Positions 27,464 through 42,257 of a stretch of DNA of 64,000 nt are shown one piece after another. Both the position numbers and the translations under genes were made by a program. The stretch is taken from the NCBI RefSeq assembly GCF_058153355.1, contig NZ_CM177019.1, one strand, 5' to 3'. Each line of letters begins with the position of its first letter. Within the stretch, counting starts at the first letter, position 1. A model generated the notes under the pieces. It was not told where the DNA came from. It worked only from the letters and a program-made list of their open reading frames with translations, and made no database searches.

Positions 27464-28591
27464 TTAATCCAGTCCCAGCACACCACGAAGTTGCGCCAGA
27501 TCTTCCGCCAGCGCAGTAATCGGCCCTTTCAGCGCATTACGATCGGCATCGGTCAATTTGTCGTAGGTTTCAAAACCGTCTTTAGTACGGTATTTCGCCA
27601 GAATGGTATCGACCTTTTTGAAGTTAGCATCGACTTTTGCCAGCAGTTCCGGGTTGGCTTTTTGTAGTTGTGGACGCAGCAGATCGACAATTTTCTGCGA
27701 GCCTTCAACGTTAGCCTGGAAGTCCCACAGATCGGTGTGGCTGTAGCGATCTTCTTCACCGCTGATTTTGCTGGCTGCTACTTCCTCAATCAGTCCGGCT
27801 GCGCCGCCGACCACTTTTGAAGGTGGGAAAGCCAGTTCACTGATGCGTTTTTGCAAATCGACCACATCGGTATAAAGCTGGTCAGCGTACTGATCCATTC
27901 CTTTGGTAGTGTTGTCGCCAAACAAGGCTTTTTCCAGACGATGGAATCCGGTGAATTTCGGATCGGCGGCTTTTTGCTCGTAATCATCTTCACGGGCGTC
28001 AATGCTGCCATCCAGATCGGAGAAAAGTTCAGCAATCGGTTCGATGCGCTCATAGTGCTGGCGCGTCGGCGCATACAGTGCTTTCGCTTTTTCGATATCG
28101 CCTGCTTTAATAGCGTCGGTAAAGGCTTTGGTGTCGGTCACCAGTTGCGTGGTTTCCGCCATGACATACGCTTTATATGCAGTAATTGCACCACCAAGAC
28201 TTAACAGCGCATCACTTTGCGCCGCATCCACCGTTGCTTCACCTTTGACGATCAACTTCCCTTTCGGGTTAGTCAGCAGACCGCAGGTCATATCGTATTC
28301 GCCAGGCTGTAAATTCGCCGTCATTTTCTGGCTAAAACCAGGGGCGATATTTTCCCGCTCTTCCACCACCATTACGCCTTTGAGGATCTCCCACTCCAGC
28401 GCCTTCTGGCTGTGGTTCTGAATAATGAACTGTGTTTTCCCGGCGTTAACCGTAATGGTCATCGGTTCGCACTGTTTATCCGTCACGGTCACTTTGACCT
28501 GCGGAACATCAGCAGCGTTAGCCATAAAAGCAGAGGAGAACAGCGCAGCCACGCTTAATTGCAGTGCACTATGGCGGAAGTTAATGGTCAT
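27464..28591 (-). CDS. efeO: periplasmic iron uptake protein EfeO (375 aa)
   Basis: ORF 27464..28591; signal peptide; synteny. Confidence 0.9.
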   Translation of the reverse strand: MTINFRHSALQLSVAALFSSAFMANAADVPQVKVTVTDKQCEPMTITVNAGKTQFIIQNHSQKALEWEILKGVMVVEERENIAPGFSQKMTANLQPGEYDMTCGLLTNPKGKLIVKGEATVDAAQSDALLSLGGAITAYKAYVMAETTQLVTDTKAFTDAIKAGDIEKAKALYAPTRQHYERIEPIAELFSDLDGSIDAREDDYEQKAADPKFTGFHRLEKALFGDNTTKGMDQYADQLYTDVVDLQKRISELAFPPSKVVGGAAGLIEEVAASKISGEEDRYSHTDLWDFQANVEGSQKIVDLLRPQLQKANPELLAKVDANFKKVDTILAKYRTKDGFETYDKLTDADRNALKGPITALAEDLAQLRGVLGLD

Positions 28592-28648
28592 GACGAGACT
28601 ATCCCTTTAAAGTATGTTGTAACTAAGCAAAAGTTTGCGTCATTTTCG

Positions 28649-29479
28649 TTACGCGGAGCGAGACGCTGTCGCCCCTGCGCGCGGCGGCAGAGCAAATGCC
28701 ACCAGCGCCGGGATGAGATAAATAAACCAGACGGCGACTTCGCTGACGCTCGGCGCTTCCTGATAACCAAAGATACCTTCCATCAGCGTACCGAACAGCG
28801 AGTGAGTTGAGAGCACCGCGCTCATATCGAAGACGATTTCCTGAAAGTGGTTCCACAGCCCGGCTTCATGAAACGCGCGAATAGCACCTGCCGCCAGCCC
28901 TGCGGCGACGAAGAGAATAAAGAGGCTGGTCCATTTAAAAAACGCGCCAAGATTGAGGCGAATACCGCCCCAGTAGAGCAGGAAGCCGAGCACCACGGCT
29001 GTAGCAAGACCGAGCATTGCACCCAGCGGAGGCCAGATCCCGACATCTTGTTGAAACGCCGCCAGCAGGAAAAAGACCGACTCCAGCCCTTCCCTTGCAA
29101 CGGCAAAAAAGACCATCATCACCAGCGCCCAGCCATGATGATTCCCACGCTGCAATGCGCTATCGACTGCCTGTTCCAGTTGCACTTTGACGTTGCGCGA
29201 CACTTTACGCATCCAGAAAACCATCCAGGTGAGGATCACCACGGCAATCACCGCCACGATACCTTCGAACAATTCCTGCTCTTTTTGCGGAAATTCGCCG
29301 GTGGTTTCATTAATGAAGATACCCAGCCCCAGGCACAACGCAGCGGCTAGCAACACGCCAATCCACATGACACCAATCCATCGACCTCGCTGGGTACGCT
29401 TAAGATAGCTGGCAATCAGGCTGACAATCAGCGCGGCTTCAAGTCCTTCGCGCAACATAATGAGAAACGGAACAAACAT
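28649..29479 (-). CDS. efeU: ferrous iron permease EfeU, apparently intact (276 aa from Met MFVPFLIMLREG)
   Basis: single uninterrupted ORF 28649..29488; two REGLE-type motifs (MLREGLEAAL, AREGLESVFF) typical of FTR1 permeases. Confidence 0.85.
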   Translation of the reverse strand: MFVPFLIMLREGLEAALIVSLIASYLKRTQRGRWIGVMWIGVLLAAALCLGLGIFINETTGEFPQKEQELFEGIVAVIAVVILTWMVFWMRKVSRNVKVQLEQAVDSALQRGNHHGWALVMMVFFAVAREGLESVFFLLAAFQQDVGIWPPLGAMLGLATAVVLGFLLYWGGIRLNLGAFFKWTSLFILFVAAGLAAGAIRAFHEAGLWNHFQEIVFDMSAVLSTHSLFGTLMEGIFGYQEAPSVSEVAVWFIYLIPALVAFALPPRAGATASRSA

Positions 29480-29698
29480 GCCACCCACCCTTAAACGTTT
29501 TTCTGAGTCAATCTATGCAAAGAAAAGTAAATCGCAGTGATAGCGATTATCATTACGGTGAAGAAAAACACAAGCGGAATGTAGTGATAATGATGAGGAA
29601 ATGTAAATTTTTTTTGAGAGAAAATGCAGAGGGCAATCACTGATTGCCCTCTGCCTGCTTCTGATTATGACGTGGGATTTTCGGTAAAACGCCTTCCC

Positions 29699-31207
<1,509 letters not shown>

Positions 31208-31395
31208 CTAAAGTCTCCAAAAAATTATTATCGGCAATGTCGAAACTTGCCGTTATATCTGCCACCGGAACGGGGTAACAGAGTTTATGTTTTCCCAGGG
31301 CGACCGTATCCTGCCGGAAGCGCTGGTTATTCACAATCGATTTAACACACCATTTACATTAAATTTTAGTGCTCAGCGATACTATTTTTCATCAG

Positions 31396-31603
31396 GTTGC
31401 ACTCCCTCACATTTTTTGCGGTTGCACCTTTCAAAAATGTTAACTGCCGCAGAGAAAAAGTCTGAGTTATTTTTTTAATCCCTGTCATATCGATTTCTTT
31501 TATTAACATTTCATTCATTTTTAAGCTTGCTACGCAGGTCACATTTAACATGGTTGCACAAAGTTGCAACATCATGGATATTTCACGATAACGTTAAGTT
31601 GCA
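31396..31603. promoter_or_regulatory. putP-putA divergent control region with five GTTGCA motifs (candidate PutA operators)
   Basis: GTTGCA at 31396, 31431, 31553, 31563, 31598; matches the PutA operator consensus as I recall it. Confidence 0.7.
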
Positions 31604-31629
31604 CCTTTCAGAACAACAGGAGTAATGGC

Positions 31630-34600
31630 ATGGGAACCACCACCATGGGGGTTAAGCTGGACGACGCGACGCGTGAACGCATTAAGTCTGCCGCGACACG
31701 TATCGATCGCACACCGCACTGGTTAATTAAGCAGGCGATTTTTTCTTATCTTGAACAACTGGAAAACAGCGATACTCTGCCGGAGCTACCTGCGCTGCTT
31801 TCTGGCGCGGCCAATGAGAGCGATGAAGTACCGACTCCGGCAGAGGAACCACACCAGCCATTCCTCGACTTTGCCGAGCAAATTTTGCCACAGTCGGTTT
31901 CCCGTGCGGCTATCACCGCTGCCTATCGCCGCCCGGAAACCGAAGCGGTTTCGATGCTGCTGGAACAAGCTCGCCTGCCGCAGCCAGTTGCTGAACAGGC
32001 GCACAAACTGGCGTATCAACTGGCCGATAAACTGCGTAATCAAAAAAACGCCAGTGGTCGCGCAGGTATGGTTCAGGGGTTATTGCAGGAGTTTTCGCTG
32101 TCATCGCAGGAAGGCGTGGCGCTGATGTGTCTGGCGGAAGCACTATTGCGTATTCCCGACAAAGCCACCCGTGATGCACTAATACGCGACAAAATCAGCA
32201 ACGGTAACTGGCAGTCACACATTGGTCGTAGCCCGTCGCTGTTTGTTAATGCTGCCACCTGGGGGCTTCTCTTTACCGGCAAACTGGTTTCCACCCATAA
32301 CGAAGCCAGCCTCTCCCGCTCGCTGAACCGCATTATCGGTAAGAGTGGCGAACCGCTGATCCGCAAAGGTGTGGATATGGCGATGCGTCTGATGGGCGAG
32401 CAGTTCGTCACTGGTGAAACCATCGCGGAAGCGTTAGCCAATGCCCGCAAGCTGGAAGAGAAAGGTTTCCGTTACTCCTACGATATGCTGGGCGAAGCCG
32501 CACTGACCGCAGCGGACGCGCAGGCATATATGGTTTCCTATCAGCAGGCGATTCACGCTATTGGTAAAGCCTCCAGTGGTCGTGGCATCTATGAAGGTCC
32601 AGGCATTTCAATCAAGCTGTCGGCGCTGCATCCGCGCTACAGCCGCGCCCAGTACGATCGGGTAATGGAAGAGCTTTACCCGCGTCTGAAATCATTAACC
32701 TTGCTGGCGCGTCAGTACGATATTGGTATTAACATTGATGCCGAAGAGGCCGATCGTCTGGAGATCTCCCTCGATCTGTTGGAAAAGCTTTGTTTCGAGC
32801 CTGAACTGGCAGGTTGGAACGGCATCGGTTTTGTTATTCAGGCTTATCAAAAACGCTGCCCGCTGGTGATCGATTACCTGATTGATCTCGCCACCCGCAG
32901 CCGTCGTCGTCTGATGATTCGCCTGGTGAAAGGCGCGTACTGGGATAGTGAAATCAAACGTGCGCAAATGGACGGCCTTGAAGGTTATCCGGTTTATACC
33001 CGCAAGGTGTATACCGATGTTTCTTATCTCGCTTGTGCGAAAAAGCTGCTGGCGGTGCCAAATCTCATTTACCCGCAGTTTGCAACGCACAACGCCCACA
33101 CGCTGGCGGCGATTTATCAACTGGCAGGTCAAAACTACTATCCGGGTCAGTACGAGTTCCAGTGCCTGCATGGTATGGGCGAGCCACTGTATGAGCAGGT
33201 CACCGGGAAAGTTGCCGACGGCAAACTTAACCGTCCGTGTCGTATTTATGCTCCGGTCGGTACCCATGAAACACTGCTGGCATATCTGGTGCGTCGCCTG
33301 CTGGAAAACGGTGCTAACACCTCGTTTGTTAACCGTATTGCTGATACCTCTTTGCCACTGGATGAACTGGTTGCCGATCCAGTCACTGCAGTAGAAAAAC
33401 TGGCGCAACAGGAAGGGCAAACTGGATTACCCCATCCGAAAATTCCCCTGCCGCGCGATCTTTACGGTCACGGGCGCGACAACTCGGCAGGGCTGGATCT
33501 CGCCAATGAACACCGACTGGCCTCGCTCTCCTCAGCCCTGCTCAACAGTGCACTGCAAAAATGGCAGGCCTTGCCAATGCTGGAACAACCGGTCGCGGCT
33601 GGTGAAATGTCACCCGTTATCAACCCGGCGGAACCGAAAGATATTGTGGGCTATGTGCGTGAAGCCACGCCACGTGAAGTAGAACAGGCGCTGGAAAGTG
33701 CAGTTAATAACGCGCCAATCTGGTTTGCCACGCCTCCGGCCGAACGCGCGGCGATTTTGCATCGCGCTGCCGTACTGATGGAAAGCCAGATGCAGCAACT
33801 GATTGGTATTCTGGTGCGTGAGGCCGGAAAAACCTTCAGTAACGCCATTGCCGAAGTGCGTGAAGCCGTCGATTTTCTCCACTACTACGCGGGACAGGTG
33901 CGGGATGATTTCGCTAACGAAACCCACCGTCCATTAGGGCCAGTGGTATGTATCAGCCCGTGGAACTTCCCGCTGGCGATTTTCACCGGGCAAATCGCTG
34001 CCGCACTGGCGGCAGGTAACAGCGTACTGGCAAAACCGGCAGAACAAACGCCGCTGATTGCCGCACAAGGGATTGCCATTTTGCTGGAAGCGGGTGTACC
34101 GCCAGGCGTGGTGCAGTTGTTGCCCGGTCAGGGTGAAACCGTAGGCGCGCAACTGACGGGTGATGATCGCGTGCGCGGGGTGATGTTTACCGGTTCAACC
34201 GAAGTCGCTACGTTACTGCAACGCAATATCGCCAGCCGCCTGGACGCTCAGGGCCGCCCAATTCCACTCATTGCGGAAACCGGCGGCATGAACGCGATGA
34301 TTGTCGATTCCTCCGCCCTAACCGAACAGGTCGTCGTGGATGTACTGGCCTCGGCCTTCGACAGTGCAGGTCAGCGTTGTTCGGCGCTGCGCGTGCTGTG
34401 CCTGCAAGATGAGATTGCCGACCACACGTTGAAAATGCTGCGCGGCGCAATGGCCGAATGCCGGATGGGTAATCCGGGTCGCCTGACCACCGATATCGGT
34501 CCGGTGATTGATAGCGAAGCGAAAGCCAATATCGAGCGTCATATTCAGACCATGCGTAGCAAAGGCCGTCCGGTGTTCCAGGCGGTGCGGGAAAACAGCG

Positions 34601-35592
34601 AAGATGCCCGTGAATGGCAAAGCGGCACCTTTGTCGCCCCGACGCTGATCGAACTGGATGACTTTGCCGAATTGCAAAAAGAGGTCTTTGGTCCGGTGCT
34701 GCATGTGGTGCGTTACAACCGTAACCAGCTCCCAGAGCTGATCGAGCATATTAACGCTTCCGGTTATGGTCTGACGCTTGGCGTTCATACACGTATTGAT
34801 GAAACCATTGCCCAGGTCACTGGCTCGGCCCATGTTGGTAACCTGTATGTTAACCGTAATATGGTGGGCGCAGTGGTGGGTGTGCAGCCGTTCGGCGGCG
34901 AAGGGTTGTCCGGTACCGGGCCGAAAGCAGGCGGTCCGCTCTATCTCTACCGTCTGCTGGCGAATCGCCCGGAAAGTGCGCTGGCAGTGACGCTCGCGCG
35001 TCAGGATGCAGAGTATCCGGTCGATGCGCAGTTGAAAGCCGCATTGACTCAGCCGCTAAATGCACTGCGGGAATGGGCAGCAAATCGTCCAGAATTGCAG
35101 GCGTTATGTACGCAATATGGCGAGCTGGCGCAGGCAGGAACACAACGATTGCTGCCAGGGCCGACGGGTGAACGCAACACCTGGACGCTGCTGCCGCGTG
35201 AGCGCGTATTGTGTATCGCGGATGATGAACAGGATGCGCTGACTCAGCTCGCCGCCGTGCTGGCGGTGGGCAGCCAGGTACTGTGGCCGGATGACACGCT
35301 GCATCGTCAGTTAGTGAAGGCATTGCCATCGGCAGTCAGCGAACGTATTCAACTGGCGAAAGCGGAAAATATAACCGCTCAACCATTTGATGCGGTGATC
35401 TTCCACGGTGATTCGGATCAGCTTCGCGCATTGTGTGAAGCCGTTGCCGCGCGGGATGGCGCAATTGTTTCGGTGCAGGGTTTTGCCCGTGGCGAAAGCA
35501 ATATCCTTCTGGAACGGCTGTATATCGAGCGTTCGCTGAGTGTGAATACCGCTGCCGCTGGCGGTAACGCCAGTTTAATGACGATCGGTTAA
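31630..35592 (+). CDS. putA: bifunctional proline dehydrogenase / P5C dehydrogenase and repressor PutA (about 1320 aa)
   Basis: ORF 31564..35592; start MGTTTMGVKLDD with N-terminal ribbon-helix-helix region; ALDH motifs later. Confidence 0.9.
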   Translation: MGTTTMGVKLDDATRERIKSAATRIDRTPHWLIKQAIFSYLEQLENSDTLPELPALLSGAANESDEVPTPAEEPHQPFLDFAEQILPQSVSRAAITAAYRRPETEAVSMLLEQARLPQPVAEQAHKLAYQLADKLRNQKNASGRAGMVQGLLQEFSLSSQEGVALMCLAEALLRIPDKATRDALIRDKISNGNWQSHIGRSPSLFVNAATWGLLFTGKLVSTHNEASLSRSLNRIIGKSGEPLIRKGVDMAMRLMGEQFVTGETIAEALANARKLEEKGFRYSYDMLGEAALTAADAQAYMVSYQQAIHAIGKASSGRGIYEGPGISIKLSALHPRYSRAQYDRVMEELYPRLKSLTLLARQYDIGINIDAEEADRLEISLDLLEKLCFEPELAGWNGIGFVIQAYQKRCPLVIDYLIDLATRSRRRLMIRLVKGAYWDSEIKRAQMDGLEGYPVYTRKVYTDVSYLACAKKLLAVPNLIYPQFATHNAHTLAAIYQLAGQNYYPGQYEFQCLHGMGEPLYEQVTGKVADGKLNRPCRIYAPVGTHETLLAYLVRRLLENGANTSFVNRIADTSLPLDELVADPVTAVEKLAQQEGQTGLPHPKIPLPRDLYGHGRDNSAGLDLANEHRLASLSSALLNSALQKWQALPMLEQPVAAGEMSPVINPAEPKDIVGYVREATPREVEQALESAVNNAPIWFATPPAERAAILHRAAVLMESQMQQLIGILVREAGKTFSNAIAEVREAVDFLHYYAGQVRDDFANETHRPLGPVVCISPWNFPLAIFTGQIAAALAAGNSVLAKPAEQTPLIAAQGIAILLEAGVPPGVVQLLPGQGETVGAQLTGDDRVRGVMFTGSTEVATLLQRNIASRLDAQGRPIPLIAETGGMNAMIVDSSALTEQVVVDVLASAFDSAGQRCSALRVLCLQDEIADHTLKMLRGAMAECRMGNPGRLTTDIGPVIDSEAKANIERHIQTMRSKGRPVFQAVRENSEDAREWQSGTFVAPTLIELDDFAELQKEVFGPVLHVVRYNRNQLPELIEHINASGYGLTLGVHTRIDETIAQVTGSAHVGNLYVNRNMVGAVVGVQPFGGEGLSGTGPKAGGPLYLYRLLANRPESALAVTLARQDAEYPVDAQLKAALTQPLNALREWAANRPELQALCTQYGELAQAGTQRLLPGPTGERNTWTLLPRERVLCIADDEQDALTQLAAVLAVGSQVLWPDDTLHRQLVKALPSAVSERIQLAKAENITAQPFDAVIFHGDSDQLRALCEAVAARDGAIVSVQGFARGESNILLERLYIERSLSVNTAAAGGNASLMTIG

Positions 35593-35598
35593 GCAGGT

Positions 35599-35627
35599 TG
35601 CCGGAGGATGCTATAACCTCCTCCGGC
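35599..35627. terminator. hairpin between convergent putA and rutR (putative bidirectional terminator)
   Basis: ccggagg...cctccgg inverted repeat. Confidence 0.5.
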
Positions 35628-35631
35628 ATCA

Positions 35632-36270
35632 TTAACGTGGTCGAATCCCCTCAAGAATAATCCGCTGCACGTTTTCAACCGTTTGATTGAAAAACACTTC
35701 ATCGCGCAACGTGGCACCTGTCACCGCCTCCACCTGAGGGGCGAAATCGGCGTAATGTTGAGTGGAAGCCCAAATCATAAAAATCAAATGCTGCGGATCA
35801 ATCGGCGCGAGTTTGCCGCTTTTAACCCAACCAGCAATCAGCGCCGATTTCTCATCAATTAATGCCTTCAAATCGCCCGTCAGTTCATCCATTAACAGCG
35901 GCGCGCCTGCCAGCATCTCCATACAGAACAGGCGCGAAGCCTGCGGATAATCGCGGGAAACTTCCAGCTTCAGACGGATGTACTCTTTGATCGCTGCCAG
36001 TGGGGCGAAATCTTCACGAAACGCCTTCAATGGTGCCAACCAGATATCCAGAATTTGCCGCAGCACGGCAATATACAGCGCCTCTTTAGACGGGAAGTAA
36101 TACAGCAGATTAGTTTTTGAAACGCCCGCCAACTCTGCGATCTGCTCCAGCCTTGTGCCGTGAAAACCGAATTGTGAAAAAGTGTCCAGTGCCGCGCTAA
36201 GAATCGCTTTTTTCTTCGCGCTTACTGCGCGCGAACGTTTACCCGTTGTTTTCACTGCGCCTTGCGTCAT
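35632..36270 (-). CDS. rutR: TetR-family repressor RutR (212 aa)
   Basis: ORF 35632..36297; start MTQGAVKTTGKRSR; TetR-type HTH. Confidence 0.85.
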   Translation of the reverse strand: MTQGAVKTTGKRSRAVSAKKKAILSAALDTFSQFGFHGTRLEQIAELAGVSKTNLLYYFPSKEALYIAVLRQILDIWLAPLKAFREDFAPLAAIKEYIRLKLEVSRDYPQASRLFCMEMLAGAPLLMDELTGDLKALIDEKSALIAGWVKSGKLAPIDPQHLIFMIWASTQHYADFAPQVEAVTGATLRDEVFFNQTVENVQRIILEGIRPR

Positions 36271-36500
36271 GCGCTCTCCCCTCTTGTTGATTGGCAACAG
36301 GATAGCAAAACCCCCGCCCGGCCTCGACCTTCTGCACTCTCATCGCGCACGAATGCATGTTTTATGTGCAACTGTTTTGACCGTTTAGTCCACTTTTTTC
36401 CAGGCATTTTAGACAACTTAATATTAACACATTAATAACATTCACTTTTTAAAAACTGGCATCCGCTTTGCTAACTAGACATTACGCGGCTGAAAAGGAT

Positions 36501-38341
<1,841 letters not shown>

Positions 38342-38352
38342 GGAGTTTAATG

Positions 38353-38739
38353 ATGCCGAAATCCGTAATTATTCCTGCTGGCAGCAGCGCACCGCTGGCC
38401 CCCTTCGTTCCCGGCACGCTGGCTGATGGCGTGGTGTATGTCTCCGGCACGCTGGCTTTTGATCAACATAATAACGTGCTGTTTGCCGATGACCCAAAGG
38501 CGCAAACCCGCCACGTTCTGGAGACCATCCGCAAGGTTATCGAGACGGCGGGTGGCACGATGGCGGACGTGACCTTCAACAGCATCTTTATTACCGACTG
38601 GAAAAATTACGCCGCGATTAACGAAATCTACGCCGAGTTTTTCCCTGATGATAAACCGGCGCGATTCTGCATTCAGTGCGGACTGGTAAAGCCTGACGCG
38701 CTGGTGGAAATCGCCACGATTGCGCATATCGCTAAGTGA
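38353..38739 (+). CDS. rutC: RidA/YjgF-family aminoacrylate deaminase RutC (128 aa)
   Basis: ORF 38350..38739; RidA-like. Confidence 0.85.
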   Translation: MPKSVIIPAGSSAPLAPFVPGTLADGVVYVSGTLAFDQHNNVLFADDPKAQTRHVLETIRKVIETAGGTMADVTFNSIFITDWKNYAAINEIYAEFFPDDKPARFCIQCGLVKPDALVEIATIAHIAK

Positions 38740-38746
38740 GGTGGCG

Positions 38747-39559
38747 ATGAAACTTTCACTCTCACCTCCCCCTTATGCTGATGCGCCCGTAGTGGTATTG
38801 ATTTCGGGTCTTGGCGGCAGCGGCAATTACTGGTTGCCGCAACTGGCGGTGCTGGAGCAGGAGTATCAGGTAGTCTGTTACGACCAGCGCGGTACCGGAA
38901 ATAATCCAGATACGCTGGCGGAAGACTACAGTTTGGCGCAGATGGCAGAGGAACTGCATCAGGCGCTGATGAGTGTGGGGATTGAGCGTTATGCGGTGAT
39001 CGGCCATGCGCTCGGGGCGCTGGTGGGAATGCAGCTGGCGCTGGATTATCCCGCATCGGTCACTGCACTGGTCAGCGTTAACGGCTGGCTACGAATAAAC
39101 GCCCATACCCGCCGCTGTTTTCAGGTTCGCGAACGATTACTGCATAGCGGCGGCGCGCAGGCATGGGTGGAAGCGCAGCCGTTGTTCCTCTACCCCGCCG
39201 ACTGGATGGCGGCCCGCGCCCCTCGCCTTGAAGCGGAGGACGCGCTGGCACTGGCGCATTTTCAGGGCAAAAACAATTTACTGCGTCGACTTAACGCCCT
39301 CAAACGTGCTGACTTTAGTCGCCATACGGATCGCATCCGCTGCCCGGTGCAAATCATCTGCGCCAGTGATGATCTGCTGGTGCCCTCAGCCTGTTCCAGT
39401 GAACTTCATGCCGCCCTGCCCGATAGCCAGAAAATGGTGATGCGCTATGGCGGACACGCCTGCAACGTGACCGATCCCGAAACGTTTAATGCTCTGTTGC
39501 TCAACGGGCTTGCCAGCCTGTTACATCATCGTGAAGCCGCCTGTAAGGAATTGCTATGA
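38747..39559 (+). CDS. rutD: alpha/beta hydrolase RutD (start approximate)
   Basis: ORF 38720..39559; alpha/beta hydrolase motif GHALGA. Confidence 0.8.
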   Translation: MKLSLSPPPYADAPVVVLISGLGGSGNYWLPQLAVLEQEYQVVCYDQRGTGNNPDTLAEDYSLAQMAEELHQALMSVGIERYAVIGHALGALVGMQLALDYPASVTALVSVNGWLRINAHTRRCFQVRERLLHSGGAQAWVEAQPLFLYPADWMAARAPRLEAEDALALAHFQGKNNLLRRLNALKRADFSRHTDRIRCPVQIICASDDLLVPSACSSELHAALPDSQKMVMRYGGHACNVTDPETFNALLLNGLASLLHHREAACKELL

Positions 39560-40146
39560 ACGAAGCCGTTAGCCCTGGTGCGCTTAGCACCCTGTTCACC
39601 GATGCCCGCACTCACAACGGCTGGCGAGAGACACCCGTCAGCGATGAGACATTACGGGAGATTTATGCCCTGATGAAATGGGGGCCGACATCAGCTAACT
39701 GTTCTCCGGCACGGATCGTGTTTATCCGCACTGCAGAAGGAAAAGAACGTCTGCGCCCGGCGCTTTCCAGCGGCAATCTGCAAAAAACCCTGACCGCGCC
39801 CGTCACCGCGATCGTCGCCTGGGACAGTGAATTTTATGAACGGTTACCACAGCTGTTTCCTCACGGCGATGCCCGCAGTTGGTTTACCTCCAGCCCACAA
39901 CTTGCCGAAGAAACAGCGTTTCGCAACAGTTCCATGCAGGCGGCCTATCTGATCGTCGCCTGCCGGGCGCTGGGGCTGGATACCGGCCCGATGTCCGGCT
40001 TTGACCGTCAACACGTGGACGACGCCTTTTTTGCGGGTAGCTCGCTGAAAAGCAACCTGCTGATTAATATCGGCTATGGCGATAGCAGCAAACTATATGC
40101 GCGTCTTCCGCGTCTGTCCTTTGAAGAGGCCTGCGGGCTGTTGTAA
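39556..40146 (+). CDS. rutE: nitroreductase-family malonic semialdehyde reductase RutE (196 aa)
   Basis: ORF 39556..40146; 4-bp overlap with rutD. Confidence 0.85.
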   Translation: MNEAVSPGALSTLFTDARTHNGWRETPVSDETLREIYALMKWGPTSANCSPARIVFIRTAEGKERLRPALSSGNLQKTLTAPVTAIVAWDSEFYERLPQLFPHGDARSWFTSSPQLAEETAFRNSSMQAAYLIVACRALGLDTGPMSGFDRQHVDDAFFAGSSLKSNLLINIGYGDSSKLYARLPRLSFEEACGLL

Positions 40147-40156
40147 GGAGCAAACC

Positions 40157-40651
40157 ATGAACATTGTCGATCAACAAACCTTTCGCGATGCGATGTCCTG
40201 TATGGGTGCAGCAGTCAATATCATCACCACGGACGGTCCAGCCGGGCGCGCCGGGTTCACCGCCAGCGCCGTCTGCAGCGTGACCGATACGCCGCCCACA
40301 TTACTGGTGTGCCTGAATCGTGGGGCGTCCGTCTGGCCGGTATTCAATGAAAATCGGACGCTGTGTGTAAATACACTTAGCGCCGGGCAGGAGCCGCTTT
40401 CAAACCTTTTTGGCGGTAAAACGCCCATGGAACACCGCTTTGCCGCCGCCCGCTGGCAGACTGGTGTGACCGGATGCCCGCAACTGGAAGAAGCGCTGGT
40501 TTCGTTTGACTGCCGTATCAGCCAGGTGGTGAGCGTCGGCACCCACGACATTCTGTTTTGCGCCATCGAAGCGATTCATCGTCACGCCACCCCCTACGGG
40601 CTGGTGTGGTTTGATCGCAGTTATCACGCGCTGATGCGCCCTGCTTGTTAA
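40157..40651 (+). CDS. rutF: flavin reductase RutF (164 aa from Met MNIVDQQTF)
   Basis: ORF 40076..40651; flavin reductase-like. Confidence 0.85.
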
Positions 40652-40671
40652 CCTCCTTAAGGAGACAGCTG

Positions 40672-42000
40672 ATGGCAATGTTCGGTTTTCCTCACTGGCA
40701 GTTAAAATCGACCTCTACAGAGAGCGGCGTGGTCGCGCCGGATGAACGATTGCCGTTTGCTCAGACGGCAATAATGGGCGTTCAACACGCGGTGGCGATG
40801 TTTGGCGCGACGGTGTTAATGCCGATTCTGATGGGGCTGGATCCCAACCTTTCCATTTTAATGTCGGGGATCGGCACGTTACTGTTTTTCTTTATTACCG
40901 GCGGGCGCGTCCCCAGTTATCTCGGTTCCAGCGCGGCTTTTGTCGGCGTGGTGATCGCCGCGACGGGCTTTAATGGTCAGGGAATTAATCCGAATATCAG
41001 CATCGCGCTGGGCGGGATTATCGCCTGTGGGCTGGTTTATACCGTCATTGGCCTGGTGGTGATGAAAATCGGTACGCGCTGGATTGAACGACTAATGCCG
41101 CCGGTTGTGACGGGTGCGGTGGTGATGGCGATTGGCCTGAACTTAGCGCCTATCGCAGTGAAAAGTGTATCGGCTTCGGCCTTTGATAGTTGGATGGCGG
41201 TAATGACGGTGCTGTGTATTGGGCTGGTGGCGGTGTTTACCCGTGGCATGATCCAGCGATTATTGATTCTCGTAGGATTAATTGTCGCCTGTCTGCTGTA
41301 TGGCGTGATGACCAACGTTTTAGGGCTGGGAAAAGCCGTCGATTTTACTCTCGTCAGCCATGCTACCTGGTTCGGTCTGCCACATTTTTCCACTCCTGCT
41401 TTTAATGGTCAGGCAATGATGCTGATTGCGCCCGTGGCGGTGATTCTGGTGGCGGAAAACTTAGGTCATCTCAAGGCGGTCGCCGGGATGACCGGACGCA
41501 ATATGGATCCATATATGGGGCGGGCATTCGTGGGCGATGGGCTGGCAACGATGCTTTCCGGCTCTGTCGGCGGTAGCGGCGTAACCACCTATGCTGAAAA
41601 TATCGGTGTGATGGCTGTGACAAAAGTCTACTCGACGCTGGTGTTTGTTGCTGCTGCCGTCATCGCCTTGCTGTTGGGCTTTTCGCCGAAATTTGGCGCG
41701 CTGATCCATACCATTCCTGCACCGGTGATTGGTGGTGCTTCAATTGTTGTGTTCGGGCTGATTGCCGTCGCAGGCGCACGGATCTGGGTACAAAACCGTG
41801 TCGATTTAAGCCAGAACGGTAATTTGATTATGGTCGCAGTAACCTTAGTGCTGGGCGCGGGTGATTTTGCTCTCACGCTGGGCGGTTTTACGTTGGGAGG
41901 GATCGGTACAGCAACCTTTGGCGCGATTTTACTCAATGCGTTGTTGAGCAGAAGGTTGGTTGACGTTCCTCCGCCAGAAGTTGTTCATCAGGAACCATAA
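40672..42000 (+). CDS. rutG: pyrimidine permease RutG (NCS2 family, 442 aa)
   Basis: ORF 40645..42000; polytopic NCS2-like transporter. Confidence 0.85.
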   Translation: MAMFGFPHWQLKSTSTESGVVAPDERLPFAQTAIMGVQHAVAMFGATVLMPILMGLDPNLSILMSGIGTLLFFFITGGRVPSYLGSSAAFVGVVIAATGFNGQGINPNISIALGGIIACGLVYTVIGLVVMKIGTRWIERLMPPVVTGAVVMAIGLNLAPIAVKSVSASAFDSWMAVMTVLCIGLVAVFTRGMIQRLLILVGLIVACLLYGVMTNVLGLGKAVDFTLVSHATWFGLPHFSTPAFNGQAMMLIAPVAVILVAENLGHLKAVAGMTGRNMDPYMGRAFVGDGLATMLSGSVGGSGVTTYAENIGVMAVTKVYSTLVFVAAAVIALLLGFSPKFGALIHTIPAPVIGGASIVVFGLIAVAGARIWVQNRVDLSQNGNLIMVAVTLVLGAGDFALTLGGFTLGGIGTATFGAILLNALLSRRLVDVPPPEVVHQEP

Positions 42001-42054
42001 ACAGAAAACCGCCGGGATTACCGGCGGTGCAGATTGTTGACAACGTGCGCATTG

Positions 42055-42165
42055 TTCATGCCGGATGCGGCGTGAACGCCTTATCCGGCCTATAAAACAG
42101 TGCAAATTCAATATATTGCAATCTTCTGGTAGGCCTGATAAGCATCGCGCATCAGGCAAGCTTAC
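42055..42165. repeat. REP/BIME element between rutG and ymdF
   Basis: gccggatgcggcgtgaacgccttatccggcctac plus inverted gtaggcctgataagc... Confidence 0.7.
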
Positions 42166-42257
42166 ATTTGTCATCAGTATCAACCGCCGGGGTAACCGGC
42201 GGTGATGGTTTTTTGACGAGCTACAGACAAAAATGCATGCGTCATTGATTAGCCCGG

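Noticed and set aside
28847-29408. 167-aa and 73-aa ORFs antisense to efeU
   Set aside because: Embedded antisense in a membrane protein gene; GC-rich frame artefacts
33610-35329. Multiple 60-170-aa ORFs inside putA on both strands
   Set aside because: Typical spurious frames inside a long GC-rich gene
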